From the NCBI GenBank assembly GCA_964016885.1, contig OZ024741.1, positions 374,914,001-374,978,000 on the forward strand: 64,000 nt of DNA. Reading direction: 5' to 3'. Both the position numbers and the translations under genes were made by a program. The stretch comes from Eledone cirrhosa (lineage: Eukaryota). The notes below the pieces were generated by a model. It saw nothing but the letters and a program-made list of their open reading frames with translations, ran no database searches and was not told the DNA's origin. Shown one piece after another: positions 28,241 through 40,199 of this stretch (positions within the stretch are counted from its first letter, which is position 1; every line of letters begins with the position of its first letter).

Positions 28241-29357
28241 AAATACAAATAATAATAGTAGGGGGGGGAAGGGGGGGAGAAGGGGATTATAGTAAATATA
28301 TGTTTTAAGAAACATAGAATATTAATCTGTATTTGGATCACAATATCTGTTCACATAGTTTCAGTATTAGGAAATGCAAGAAAGAAGGCAAAATTATGCA
28401 TTTCAATATAAGTATACCATTAATTATAGGTTAACTAAACTAAAGATAGTTAATATATTGATTTCTAAGGTGTAAATTACTTAGGTTTATAATATTTGAA
28501 GCAGAATTTTGAAGTTAAATAGTAGTAGAGTATTAATTATAGTATAACTAAATTAAAATTATTAACGTTATGGTATCAATATTAGGAAATGAAATTTAGT
28601 AATAGGGAAAAAACAAATAAAGTATTACATCGGTAGTAGAATATAAATTATAGGTTAACTAAATTAAAAATTATATATTAATTTCTATAGTATATGTTAA
28701 TTAGGTATATAATAAATAAAACAGATATTGTATTTTATCAATAGTAGAATATAATTATATGTAAACAGAAATTAAAATTAATACATACACATATACATAT
28801 ACATACATATATATATACACATATATATACATACATATATATATACACATATATATACATACATACACATACATATATATACATACATATACATATTTTT
28901 TCAAAAATTGCAAAGAATATATTAACTAGGTATACATCCAAAACCCATCCCATTCTATGATTACATGACACTCGGCAATCCGTCTGTATTAGGATACTAA
29001 TTTTAAGCCAATTAAATTAAATTTTTAGGTTGACCAAATTTAAAACCAAATTATAAATATATTTCTAAAATGTATATTAATTAGGTCTATAATACTAAAA
29101 ATTATTTCTCTGTCATTGAATACACGATATTTTGTTATATTTTATCTGTAAAGGAATTTTAATAAAGGGTTAAATAAATTAAAATTAATCTATAAATTAA
29201 ATTACTAAGTATATATTAGTAATATTTAAAGGTTTTTCACAATTTATGATTACACAATATTTTATATTCTCATCTGTAGTAGAATTTTAATTAAATTAAA
29301 TTTATAGGTTAACTAACATTTAAATTAAATTATATATTAATTTCTAAAATAATGTTA

Positions 29358-30350
29358 TTAATTAGGTTTATAATATTTAAATGTTTTTTTTAATTTATGA
29401 TTACACGATATAATTAATTCCTGTCGTTTATTTAATAGGATATCCTTAGATTTCATTATTTCAAATAGTTCTTGGGAACATAATCTACATTCATTTCTAT
29501 TATTTTGATAAGGGGTGGCTCTTTTGAGCACACTCCAGGTCAAATCATATTCTATATTCTTATTTTTATAACTATTGATTTTTTCTGCTAGAAATGTTGT
29601 ATTAGCCAGTGCGGCATTTTTAAAACTATGTTTGTGGGTATTAAACCTTGTCTTAAAATTGTTAGAAGTAGCTCCTATATATGAGCAAATAGAATCTTTA
29701 GTTTTAACATTACATTTATAAACTATGTTGTTAACAAGACAATTTCCTTTTAATGGGCAGTTTGCTTTGTTTCTACAGTTACAACCTTTCGTTAATTCTG
29801 TATTTGAGGAGATATTATGGTTAGTTTGATGTATTGATGGTATACTTATGGTTTTCTTACATTTATATGCATTATAGGCACTTATATTTTGTTTTATGTT
29901 ATTTGTTGTTGAGTATGAGAATTTAACTGTAGACCTATTTAAGATTTGATGGTATTTGTGGTTTGGCGGGAAGTTTTTCTCTAGGATATAAAAAGATTTT
30001 TTAGCAATATTATCCTTAATTTGTAAATTAAATGGAGCATTATACCAAGTAACCCGTCTATTACGGTTTCTATGTTGTTTATTATTTTTATTATTTTTAT
30101 AGGTTGTATCGTGATGTTTACTAGGAGGATTAATGTTAATGATCTCACCACAACCATTTTTAGTTATATTTGTAGATTTAGGTGTTTTATCTTTTTTATT
30201 AGGAGTTTTATTATTAATATTTATTAGAGTTGTATGATGAGTAGTTTTTTGAGAGTTACTATATTTTATATTAGAAGATTTGGTATTTTGGGGTATAGTG
30301 TGGGTGGCATTTAGGTGTGTACTTTTCATTTGGTGTTTGTTGGTAATATT
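29358..30350 (-). mobile_element. Penelope-like element 3' part: RT thumb/linker and GIY-YIG endonuclease (uninterrupted reading frame)
   Basis: RRVTWYNAPFN..FPPNHKYHQILNRSTVKFSYS, CNCRNKANCPLKGNCL, IVYKC..SYIGAT..FKTRFNTHKHSF and CRLC..E..LLNKRQE..CNHK; 5'-truncated into (TA)n. Confidence 0.88.
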
Positions 30351-30364
30351 AGGTTGTATGTATA

Positions 30365-30432
<68 letters not shown>

Positions 30433-30433
30433 A

Positions 30434-30504
<71 letters not shown>

Positions 30505-31064
30505 CATACATATATATCTATTAGTGGTTAAGGTGAAATCGGTTGTTAACGTTTTACTATAAGTCGAAGAGTGAGACCTACTGGCAAAGCTAGGATGTCC
30601 ACCACACCACTTAATGGCCAGATAACTCTGCTCCACCTTAGCTTACAATTCACCAGTATATGTAAGATTTCACATTTTAATGTTAAGTTCAACATATTGT
30701 AAAGGTATATTTGGTGCAATCACTTCAAAGAAATACACATGAGAGTTTGTACTTCCGGGTCCCAGATAATACAGGGTGGTGGGGTGGGGAATAAGAGCGA
30801 GGTGGTTTGAAAAGTTCTGAAAGGTTAATAAAAGAGGATGGGGGTGGGGTGGATGATTATTAGAAACCCGAGAGTATCTATTGCTTATAGGCGTATTTCG
30901 TGCTTGTGTGTGTGTGTATGCATATATGCACACACACACACACATATATACAGTGTATATACACACACATATGTATGTATACATATGCATGCATATATGT
31001 ATGTATGTGTATATGTATGTATGTCTGTGTATGTATGTGTATATGTATGTATGTCTGGCCCAGC

Positions 31065-31225
31065 ACTAGGTGTCAATAATTATCACAAGTGTAGTGTTTG
31101 TACCAGAGTTTTCAAGTCGCTGGCTGGACTAAAAAGCCACACTTGTTCAGCGCATCGATAGGGGTTCTCCTACATGGATATAAAGTAGTGGCCGTACTCG
31201 AAAACGAGTTGGCAGCCACCACCAT
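31065..31225 (+). mobile_element. RTE-like LINE extreme 3' end (C2H2-like finger)
   Basis: Peptide HKCSVCTRVFKSLAGLKSHTCSAH followed by a short UTR. Confidence 0.5.
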
Positions 31226-31287
31226 GTATGTCTGTATGTCTCTCTCCCCCTCTCTCTATATATATATATGATTTATATGTACACATA

Positions 31288-31373
<86 letters not shown>

Positions 31374-31375
<2 letters not shown>

Positions 31376-31540
31376 GCATTTCCCGGCGCCGTAGACGATT
31401 CGTCCTCGAGGACGCACCCTAATTTTGACAACCAAAAATTTGAAAAAAATAATAAACGTCCTTCGGCTTCCAGGACGTATAAAAGATTTTTGAGACCTAT
31501 TTTAGGGAAAAAGTAGCGTCTTCGACGCCGGGAAATACGC
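31374..31540. mobile_element. pogo/Tc1-like MITE
   Basis: TIRs ccgcatttcccggcgccgtagacg / cgtcttcgacgccgggaaatacgc with TA flanks. Confidence 0.7.
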
Positions 31541-31559
31541 TATTTCTATATTCTAGTCG

Positions 31560-32015
<456 letters not shown>

Positions 32016-32019
32016 CGTA

Positions 32020-32070
<51 letters not shown>

Positions 32071-33970
32071 TAAACGGACGGTAGTCCGTTTAGTAATATT
32101 GTTGTGGTCGTGTTTTCGTTGGCAATCGTCTGTTTACGACAGTACAGCGCGGCTCTACTTTATTTAACTGAGATAAAACTTATATGAGCATGAACAGTAG
32201 ATCATTACGCATCTTTTGGCTTAAAAATCTAGAAATTTGGTCCAGCGGGAAAAAGTTTATAATCAAAGTTTGCTGATAAATTTTGTGTTCAAGTGAGTGA
32301 GTAGTAAGCGTGACGCTAGGGGAGGTAATCCAGAAATGACGAATTTTTTTCGGCGGAACTCTTGTGATTGTGATTATGTTAGTCAAATGTCAAATCGCCG
32401 AATCCCCTCCTCCTAATTGACTACGTCATTTCTGAACGGCCCTACTTGCGTCAGTGTGAAACATTACTTCACTTTTTACTGCTAAAATGCTTTTTAAATA
32501 CTTCGTTAAAAATTTATGTTTATTATCAAAGCTATTTTTTGTACCAATCTATCAATAGTTTGCGAAAATATAGGTAAACATGTGAGTTAAATTTTTTTTA
32601 ATCGCATCGATCGTTTTGTCGCACCGACTGTGACACTGTCTGACTGTCTGTCTGACTGACACCTTTGTCGGACCGACACCTTTGTTCAAGCGGACAACTT
32701 TGTGTCACTGACACCTTTGTTCGTGCCGGCATCTCTGCGAAACACCGATGACAACAACCAGACCAACATTTCACTTCATTCTTCATTCTTCTTCAAGACC
32801 GATCGCCGACCGATCGTATCGGTTGCTCTTCATATACCAGGTATTCAACAGATAGTTTGCACTTCTAGTATTATTAACAGTCGTGCGATTTTTTGTACCG
32901 ATAGGTGCGAATAGTGCGCTCTATTTTTGTACCGATAGGTGCGAATAGTGCGATAGGTGCGAATAGTGTACAATATTTTCTGAGATTTGCATCCACTAAT
33001 TTCGCTTAATTAAAAATGATGTTTCGCGGCTTTTTGATAGGCTTATTCATTTCTTCCATGGCACGGAAATGGAGTATTTCCATTTCGAATCAAAACTTTT
33101 CACTAAAATCGGGCAATTGGACTGATCAAATTCACATTCATGCCAGTTTTTACAAATCCATAATTAGAAATGTGGCGAAATCGAATGACCAGAAGGTATA
33201 AAAATATTAATTCAAATGTATTTACTTATCATACCAACAAAAATACTTAGATATTTTGTATACCTGGGGCCCGCCAGGGCCAGGTAATGTTAATCGCCAA
33301 CATTGTTATCTGTTGTCCTTTTGTGAAAGTATTGGTGGTTCATGTCGGCTCTAATGATCTGAATCCTCGTCGCACCGTTGGCACCACAAAGCTGTGCAAA
33401 GTAATACAATAATTTTTGCCCAAGTATTTTTTATTAATCATTTATTTGTAAGTTAAGGACAAAGTGCCCATTCGAGGCACAAAACCGAAAAAAACAGGGG
33501 AAGAGTCTCTTTGCAAGGCTACAGAAAATAGCGGAAAAGCACCACTGTACACCCATTTTCTACAGTGGTGTCATTCCACGTCCACAAAGTGTAATTGAAA
33601 ATAAAAATGACTTGGGCAAGAGAAATTCTCGTTTGGAAAAGTTTAATTACTGCATGAAAGAAATGATTCAAAAATTGAACTTGCCCAATCTTCACAACAT
33701 TAAAAGTTAAAATGATAAAGTATTACTACTATATAACTTACATCTATTGTTGTAACACCATTGAAATGCACAAGTTTCACCAATTCACTATTATGCACTA
33801 ATCATCTCAAATGCATTCATGATTTACTAACTTTGTCATTAAGCCAGTTGCCTCAACTAGATTGCAATTATACTCAAAAGAACTTTAAAATGTCAATCAC
33901 TTGTCAGTAATTCACTATGATCATTTAATTATTAGATAGTTGTTGCTTGCATTGCCTTAAAAAATAGTAG

Positions 33971-35061
33971 ACCAGATAAAAAATGCGTACAGCAAAAAAA
34001 AGTAATATTGTTGGAATATAAACCTTTAAAAATACAGGACAAGAAACTAAAATAAAACTTTAAAAGAATAGGACAAGAAACTAAGATAAAACTTTAAAAG
34101 AATAGGACAAGAAACTAAGATAAAACTTTAAAGAATTGGACAAGAAATAAAAAATTTTACAATAATATTAGTGGCAACATTTTTTTATTCGTTTCCTGTG
34201 CTATGCCCCAGTATCTTCTTGATTAGTGCATAATAATTGTCATGCTCTCATTGTGCGTTGCCCCTGAGCGGTTGGTTATGGTTGGGGTTGGTTGGCTGGG
34301 CAGTTCTGCTCCGTCAGAATGACCATTGCAAGAAGAATTGGCCGATGCAGCTGCAGGTCTCCTCCAAGAATGCACTTCTGGTCCCGCAACACCAGACGAA
34401 GATGGAGAAGACGACCGGGACAAGATGTCGACTCTGACCACCGACTACCGCACCTCCCTCAACCACCGGTCCTCCCTCCCTCTGTCCCGTCATCCCTCCA
34501 GTCCTCCTGCTCCCCCTTCCTGTACCAGAAAGCTGTGGCACGCATTCATCTGGACTGCCGGATTTGAACTCAAGGACAAGATGCAAGGAGATGGACGGGT
34601 TGGTCAAGATCAAGGATGAGCGGGACGACAAGACCGTCCGCTGCTGCTCAAGATCTGTGCTCATGGGCCCATGGGTCCATTCACATTATGCATGACACAT
34701 GAGGCGTGTCGCCGAATGATGAAATAGGGGTATGGTTATGGCCCAATTGGTGTTCAAACCAGGATCAAATGATCCCCCCGGTCTGACAACGACCTCTGAA
34801 TGTGGAACCCAGAGCCTATGAATGTGGAACTCGATTTTTTACCAATAAAAATTTTGCCACTAATATTATTGTAAAATTTTTTATTTCTTGTCCAATTCTT
34901 TAAAGTTTTATCTTAGTTTCTTGTCCTATTCTTTTAAAGTTTTATCTTAGTTTCTTGTCCTATTCTTTTAAAGTTTTATTTTAGTTTCTTGTCCTGTATT
35001 TTTAAAGGTTTATATTCCAACAATATTACTTTTTTTTGCTGTACGCATTTTTCTATCTGGT
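33971..35061. mobile_element. Non-autonomous DNA transposon with about 207-bp TIRs containing about 30-bp subrepeats and a GC-rich core
   Basis: 33971-34177 is the near-perfect reverse complement of 34854-35061; the TIR has 3-4 copies of aggacaagaaactaagataaaactttaaaagaat. Confidence 0.85.
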
Positions 35062-35859
35062 ATATATGTGTGTGCGTGTGTATGTATGTGTGTGTGAGTG
35101 CGTGTGTAAAGTTGTTTTTCCCCATTTTAATTGAAATGCTGGTATTGATAAACTGAACAATTTGTTACCGACCCCCCCCCCCCCAAAAAAAAAACACTCG
35201 TATTATATATACATATTTTATTAGAATCCGAAACTCCTGGTTCTGTTGCTTCAGTTATCGGGTTTCCATTCAAGCCTGTTCGATGACAAGTATTAGATAC
35301 GTACGTTTGTTTCAGCGATAAATAGAGCGTGCGCGTATACAGATACATACGCACACACAAACACACACACATAAAAAATGTATTTGTGTATGTGTGTGTG
35401 AGTGTAGGTGAGTGTGTGTGTGCATGTATATGTATGTATGTATGTATATATGTATGTATGTATATATGTATGTATGACTCTCTCTCTCTATATATATATA
35501 TTTTCGGTTATTAATCAAATATTTCTTCATAGGAGCCTTTATTCTTATAGCCTGGTCTAATTGATTTTTATACGGTTAATTATGCTAATTGGGAGAGGAA
35601 ATAGTGTATATATATTTTATCTAATGATTCTAAGGACATGATTTATAATATATATATACGCTCACAATAGTTGCATCTCAGTTTCAAGAATTGCCATTGC
35701 CATATATTGACTTTTTTTCTCATACATCGGTGGCTCGGACATGGTGTTTTAGCCCGCCCAAGGGCTTAGATTACTTTCTGCATATGCTGCAGCGAAAGAA
35801 AAAGGAAAAGACTATGCTGACGCAACACACGTGAAAGACACATTAGATAGTAAGTTCTG

Positions 35860-36195
35860 ACATCTCTCGTAGCAACCTGGTGCATTCGACGACCAGCCCA
35901 AGATTTTTTGTCTGCGAGGCCGAAGAGAGCAAGGTGTCCATGTATCGGCCGCTCTGTGATAGGTTTGTGGTGGAGCCTGTAGCAGTGGAGACCTTAATCT
36001 CCGGACCACAGCCGTGCTTACGGCTATCGGTGCGGAGTTGGCTGCCTGTAGATGTGTGGCCTGCGAGGTTGAATGGCTGTTCCAGCGCTCCTCGCTCGCC
36101 GTTATCTGGAGTAATGTAGTTTCCATCCTGTCAACTGGGACGAAGAAGCGGAGGGTAAAATAGTTGGAGATGGTGGATGCTAGTTCGGACGCCAC
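35860..36195 (+). mobile_element. CRE-clade non-LTR retrotransposon C-terminal (RLE) fragment
   Basis: Manual translation EVEWLFQRSSLAVIWSNVVSILSTG resembles the CRE terminal motif FQRLSLAVxRGNAxSIL. Confidence 0.5.
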
Positions 36196-36341
36196 ACATA
36201 TAAATACATACATACATATATACATACATGCATGCATACATACATACATATATATATACATACATAAATACATACATACATGTTTACAAAGATGTCAAAA
36301 ATGTATTGCGAGGATCCTTTACAAAAATACACACTGTAACT

Positions 36342-36546
36342 GAGGCATATCAAACATGCGGCCCGCGGCTGTATGCGGCCCTTTACAAGCACACCTACGG
36401 CCCGCACAAAGGTTTTTACAACGCGAGCATGTTTTATCTTCGTCAAAATTACTTGTAACGTGCGCAATTAGTTGTCATGTGTGGCCCTCAGACAATACAT
36501 ATGTAACCCATGTGGCCCTCGAGGGACCCTCAGTTAGACATGTCTG
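36342..36546. mobile_element. hAT-type MITE with an 8-bp TSD
   Basis: Ends gaggcatatcaaac...gttagacatgtctg; TSD ctgtaact / ctgtaaca; internal gcggccc motifs. Confidence 0.75.
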
Positions 36547-37267
36547 CTGTAACAATGCCTGAAGAAAATATAAATAGCAGTCATATCTCTTTCCAATTAC
36601 AAATTCATCGTTTGTAATACAAACCAGGAGTTTTAGATTACGAAATTAACAGTAATTAAGAGTACACTGCTGGAAAACAATTCTTCACAAGTTTACGCAA
36701 ACAGGCTTGACCAGTACTTAAATAAAATTAATCAACAAGCCGCCAGTCAGCTAACTATGCAAACCAACCAACCAACCAACCAACCAGCCGCATAAAACTC
36801 ATTAAGGTCAGTTACTATTGGGTCATCAAGTGTGAAATTTGTAGAAATTTGTAAAAAAAAAAGAAATTTCTACAAATTTCATACTTGACGACTCAATACA
36901 ACAGAACTATACCAGGTACATTCGTTTCGTTGGCTTGGAGGGCAAATTATTTCCTTCAAGCCAACGAAGCGTACGTTCCTAGTATGGTACCGTTGTAGTA
37001 ACTGGCCTTAATAACTATATTAAAACTCATCATACGAACTCCAGTTTCTCTCTACCTTTGATATAACTTAGTAAAGTTATTACCACTATATATATATATA
37101 TATATATATATTTAGAAACACACAGATACATGCGGACACACACATATACATGAATGCATCCACACCCAACCGTGAGTTAAGGGTGCCAACCTCACCGATG
37201 TTGCTCAATGAATGACTGGGACAGTCCAATCCGGTTGAACTAGTCTGAACCAGTATCAGAGTTAAAA

Positions 37268-37796
37268 ATACATTATGAAGAGAGAAGAAACATTTAGATA
37301 TAATTAGTAATAAAATGTATCATACCTAAACTGCTCCTAGATTCCTCGACTACGTAGTTTCGTGGCATACACAAAAACAATATATCATAAAGATATAGAG
37401 TCCTTGCGAGGTCTGCTGACTTATCAAGAGGATACCTCATTTTACTAGCTTCAAGAACGCGTCCACACGACGTGAGAAAGAATCCCAAAAGGCGGAGGGG
37501 GAGATAGTCACGCGATATAACGGTCGAGAAACAGAGCTAAGCCTCTTATAACCCCGAAGAAAATACCACGGAGGCGGAGGGGGTATTTATATCGAAGCCG
37601 TAGAAAAGGTGGTGAAGGAGGCGAGAAGTATGAGTAATGGCAGCTTTAAGTCGGCAGACCTCGCAAGGACTCTATATCTTTATGATATATTGTTTTTGTT
37701 TATGCCACGAAACTACGTAGTCGAGGAATCTAGGAGCAGTTTAGGTATGATACATTTTATTACTAATTATATCTCAATGTTTCTTCTCTCTTCATA

Positions 37797-37803
<7 letters not shown>
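37268..37803. mobile_element. Penelope-like element with about 155-bp inverted arms (37268-37423 and 37647-37803)
   Basis: atacattatgaagagagaag...gaggtctgc.gactt pairs with aagtc.gcagacctc...cttctctcttcataatgtat. Confidence 0.8.
37343..37432 (-). ncRNA. Type I hammerhead ribozyme, U3-A8 core variant with large stem II
   Basis: Reverse complement: tcctc-TTGATAA-GTCAGCA...TGCCAC-GAAAC TACGTA GTC-gagga; palindromic stem III ACTACGTAGT; GUC triplet. Confidence 0.7.
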
Positions 37804-37839
<36 letters not shown>

Positions 37840-37948
37840 CAGATTCAGGACCCCGACGGCTGAGATCCGGCCGTTTCGACAGCTAGATCTAGCTGTCGAA
37901 ACGGCCGGAGCTCAGCCGTCAGGGTCCACCTGGTATCTTACCACACCC
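37840..37948. mobile_element. Family P element; further copies at 4430-4500, 14680-14770, 38290-38430 and 56955-57080
   Basis: ggaccccgacggctgag.tccggccgtttcgacagctagatctagctgtcgaaacggccggagctcagccgtc. Confidence 0.8.
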
Positions 37949-38255
37949 TCTCTCTCTCTATATATATATACATACATACATACATACATCGATACATACA
38001 TATATGAAAAATAGTTATATATGTGGTATTGTGCTAAGACGTTTATTCTTCTACTCTACTTTATAAAAGATTAAATCCTTAACGTATCTTCTTTTTTCAC
38101 CATTCATTTACATTGTTTAATATTTAATGTCCTATCTCGTTCAACTGTTCGTCTCCGCTTTCATCTAATTTCATCCGTTCTACTTGTGTCGTTATTTATG
38201 CATACACGCACACACACAGCCCGTACTCTTAAACACACACACAACCCGCACACAC

Positions 38256-38295
<40 letters not shown>

Positions 38296-38435
38296 AAAAG
38301 AGTCAGCTAGTGTCGAAACGGCCGGAGCTCAACCGTCGGGGTCCTGACTCTTTTCCTATTACCCACTCTACTACCCTAAGTATCGAGTACTCTGGTGCGT
38401 TATTGTCCACCTGGTATCTTACCACACTTTCTTTG

Positions 38436-38471
<36 letters not shown>

Positions 38472-40199
38472 GCGTGTGTGTATGTGTGTGTAACATTGAA
38501 ATCCAAGCATAGAATCGCTATAAATGATAATAGCTTTAGAAAATTGAGTAAAATAGAAACAGAAAAATGTGGCCACCAGGAGCTGCATAGAAATCTATTA
38601 TATATATATATATATATATATTTGTGTTTGTGTGTTTGTGTGTTACAGTTTGTCTACAAAAGAGGAAATGAGTTCTCAATGGATACTGTATCTCGACCTC
38701 ATTTTAAGTGAGTCCATCGTTTTATGTATGGCCAATATTTATATTAGTCGGTTAATAGATGTTGTTTTCAGGTGTTGTCTATAGTGCAGTCATTTCATTT
38801 GCAATTCATAGCTTCTTCTGTTATCTTTGGCCGGTTTTGTTATCTGGATTTTCATTTGTTCTTATATTTGTCATATTATCCCTATTTATTGAACAATTCG
38901 GATCTGCTTGTCGGTCTTGTGATCATACACTGTTTTGCTAAAATTGTTTATAGCTTTTAATTGACCGGTTTATTGGTTGTCCTGTTTCTATTTGTCAATC
39001 ATATCCTGTCTGACTAAAACTGCTTTTTCTTTTTGGCTTTAGCTTTAGGTTAATTCAGTGGTTGTTCTGTTTCTGCTAATCGATATCTTGCTTTGTTAAA
39101 ATTGCCATCTTGATTGATTTATTGTATGTCCAATTATTATTTTACATATGATGCTACTAAATTGACAAAAAAAAGAAAAAAGAAAAATGTATATATCGTT
39201 ATACAGATAAACAATTAAAAACGAACATTATTACGAAATTGATCAGCTAATTAAGGTCAACCACAGAATTGGCCCTTGAAAAACGGGTAATACGACAATG
39301 ATAAAAATTATAATTAAAAAAACAACAACAAAAATATCATATAATAGGGAAAGAAAACAGCCAACGAACTGGTAAATGAAATCATGCACGGCGCCCTGAT
39401 AAAACAGGGTTTAGCAACCGGTCAATGAAAACGATTGACATACACAAAAGAATGAACCTGTTCCTAAGTATCTTCCATCAAACATTTACTTTCACTTTGA
39501 ACAGAAATCTCCAAAATATTCCGTAATTGTGATACGACAACTTCAAAATTATGACCGAAACTTAAACTTACATTGGTGCCATATATACTTCATATCGGAA
39601 CAACTTAATCATAAGTATTAGGTTTCCATCCAAGGAATAAAAGACAAAAGAATCAGCCTACTCTATATTTATTATTCGTACATCGAGTACCGTTAGAACA
39701 CGCAGAATACATATTCGTGTTGCAAGAGAGAGTCGTTCGAATAATCAGTTAAGTTTCCTTCACCAAAAACCTACAAGTTTTGGTTAATTCTTGGCCTATA
39801 TCTTCTTTCTCTTTCTTCTAATGATAGATACTACAACAGCTGCTCCTTTGAATTTGCTAACTTTATACAATTTTCACATAAACCCAGATGATATACTCGT
39901 TTTTCCACCTTTTGTCACTCTTAGTTTTCTCTCCTTCAGACTATATACTAAATACTTTCACTAATACTTCTCCATCAGAATCTACCTCGTTGGAACTCTC
40001 ACTATATTCACGTTTTATTTTCAACCACTATTCAAACTGAACAACAACTACTCTGATCTCACTTGCTTTTCTTTACATTCAACTCTCATTGAGCTTAAAA
40101 AGACTTTGGGCATTGCTCCTTCTCTTCTGACTGAAGGATAAAAATATTTCCTTATTTGAAGAATCTGTGTGACTAACTAATTTAATTTGTTTGTTGCAG

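Noticed and set aside
25349-28292. Many long ORFs rich in [12 protein letters not shown] (also throughout the window)
   Set aside because: Translations of dinucleotide microsatellites with no coding signal.
32105-32142. Minus-strand CAGACGA...GAAA with gtcgt/acgac flanks
   Set aside because: Core mismatch, implausible stem II loop and no NUH.
40191-40199. Start codon of the 416-aa ORF
   Set aside because: It is the splice acceptor ttgttgcag, not a start codon.
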